Assembly (NCBI GenBank): GCA_024696355.1
Contig: JAILGV010000032.1
Span: forward strand, 9,482-33,481
Reading direction: 5' to 3'
Source of the DNA: Solobacterium sp.
GTDB lineage: Bacteria > Bacillota_I > Bacilli_A > Erysipelotrichales > Erysipelotrichaceae
DNA length: 24,000 nucleotides
In this document: positions 23,683-24,000 of the stretch, one piece after another
Position numbering within the stretch: the stretch's first letter is position 1
How the letters are laid out: every line of letters begins with the position of its first letter
Position numbers and translations under genes: made by a program
The notes under the pieces: generated by a model
Seen by the model: only the letters and a program-made list of their open reading frames with translations
Databases searched by the model: none
What the model was told of the DNA's origin: nothing

Positions 23683-24000
23683 TCATCTGCCTTTTTTCAT
23701 GCTTAGGCACGATTCGATGATCTCCATTACTTCTGGAGCATTACCGCACTCAATCACAAAAGAATTACTGCCCATACGAGATTTGATGCTTCCATAAAAT
23801 TCTCGATCATCATGTTTAAAAGTCAGTATCATGCCGTAATCTGTCAGACTTGGATTGGTAAAAAAATTTAGATCTTCCAGCATCTCATCAATTGTTCTGA
23901 AGTGATGTAACCCTGTCTCACCGTAATCCACAACTTCTCTTACAGATATTTCACAAGTATCCGCTATATTTGTTTTTTCAAATTGTCTGTAATAATTCAG
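23683..24000 (-). CDS. Hypothetical protein. The 5' end lies beyond the right edge of the window.
   Basis: The track lists 23683-23931 starting at a GTG. The same frame stays open for all 23 codons upstream to position 24000 (LNYYRQFEKTNIADTCEISVREVV...), so the gene probably enters from outside the window. I recognise no family. The region is visibly more AT-rich than its neighbours. Confidence 0.55.
   Translation of the reverse strand: MNYYRQFEKTNIADTCEISVREVVDYGETGLHHFRTIDEMLEDLNFFTNPSLTDYGMILTFKHDDREFYGSIKSRMGSNSFVIECGNAPEVMEIIESCLSMKKGR

Noticed and set aside
1-24000. I searched for CRISPR arrays, tRNA or rRNA genes, riboswitch-length leaders and T-boxes.
   Set aside because: I saw no spaced direct repeats and no cloverleaf-like or rRNA-like segments. 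All intergenic gaps are 145 nt or shorter, apart from 16367-16754, and they are accounted for by SD sequences, promoter-like hexamers and terminators.

Overview
This looks like a chromosomal segment from an anaerobic Firmicutes/Clostridia-type bacterium, with strong GGAGG-type Shine-Dalgarno sites and tightly coupled operons. I found no rRNA, tRNA or CRISPR array.

Layout:
(1) 1-1723 (-): an edge-truncated membrane/Rossmann-domain gene that is missing from the supplied ORF track.
(2) 1869-8527 (-): a conserved housekeeping operon, mnmE-tatD-rnmV-rsmA-ispE-glmU-prs, preceded by a small ORF. The glmU copy lacks its acetyltransferase C-terminus.
(3) 8602-14722: the only plus-strand block. A divergent LysR regulator sits next to a five-gene operon that joins a malonate decarboxylase alpha-subunit homolog (MdcA/MadA-like) to a complete CoA-type Na+-translocating biotin decarboxylase (MmdA-, OadG/MmdD-, BCCP/MmdC- and OadB/MmdB-like). 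No acyl carrier protein or prosthetic-group genes are present. I consider this the best candidate for an undescribed system: an ACP-independent, CoA-dependent, sodium-pumping malonate (or related dicarboxylate) decarboxylase.
(4) 14796-18864 (-): DAHP synthase coupled to a small membrane protein, an unannotated 38-aa acidic ORF, and an HxxxD acyltransferase-like protein with a membrane partner.
(5) 18989-21871 (-): cdd followed by a YjjI-family glycyl radical enzyme and its YjjW-type activase, whose function is unknown.
(6) about 21900-23680 (-): an apparently intact IS200/IS605-family element (tnpA plus tnpB) with matching subterminal hairpins.
(7) 23683-24000 (-): an AT-richer partial ORF running off the right edge.

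All product calls rest on my recognition of motifs in the translations. No database search was run.
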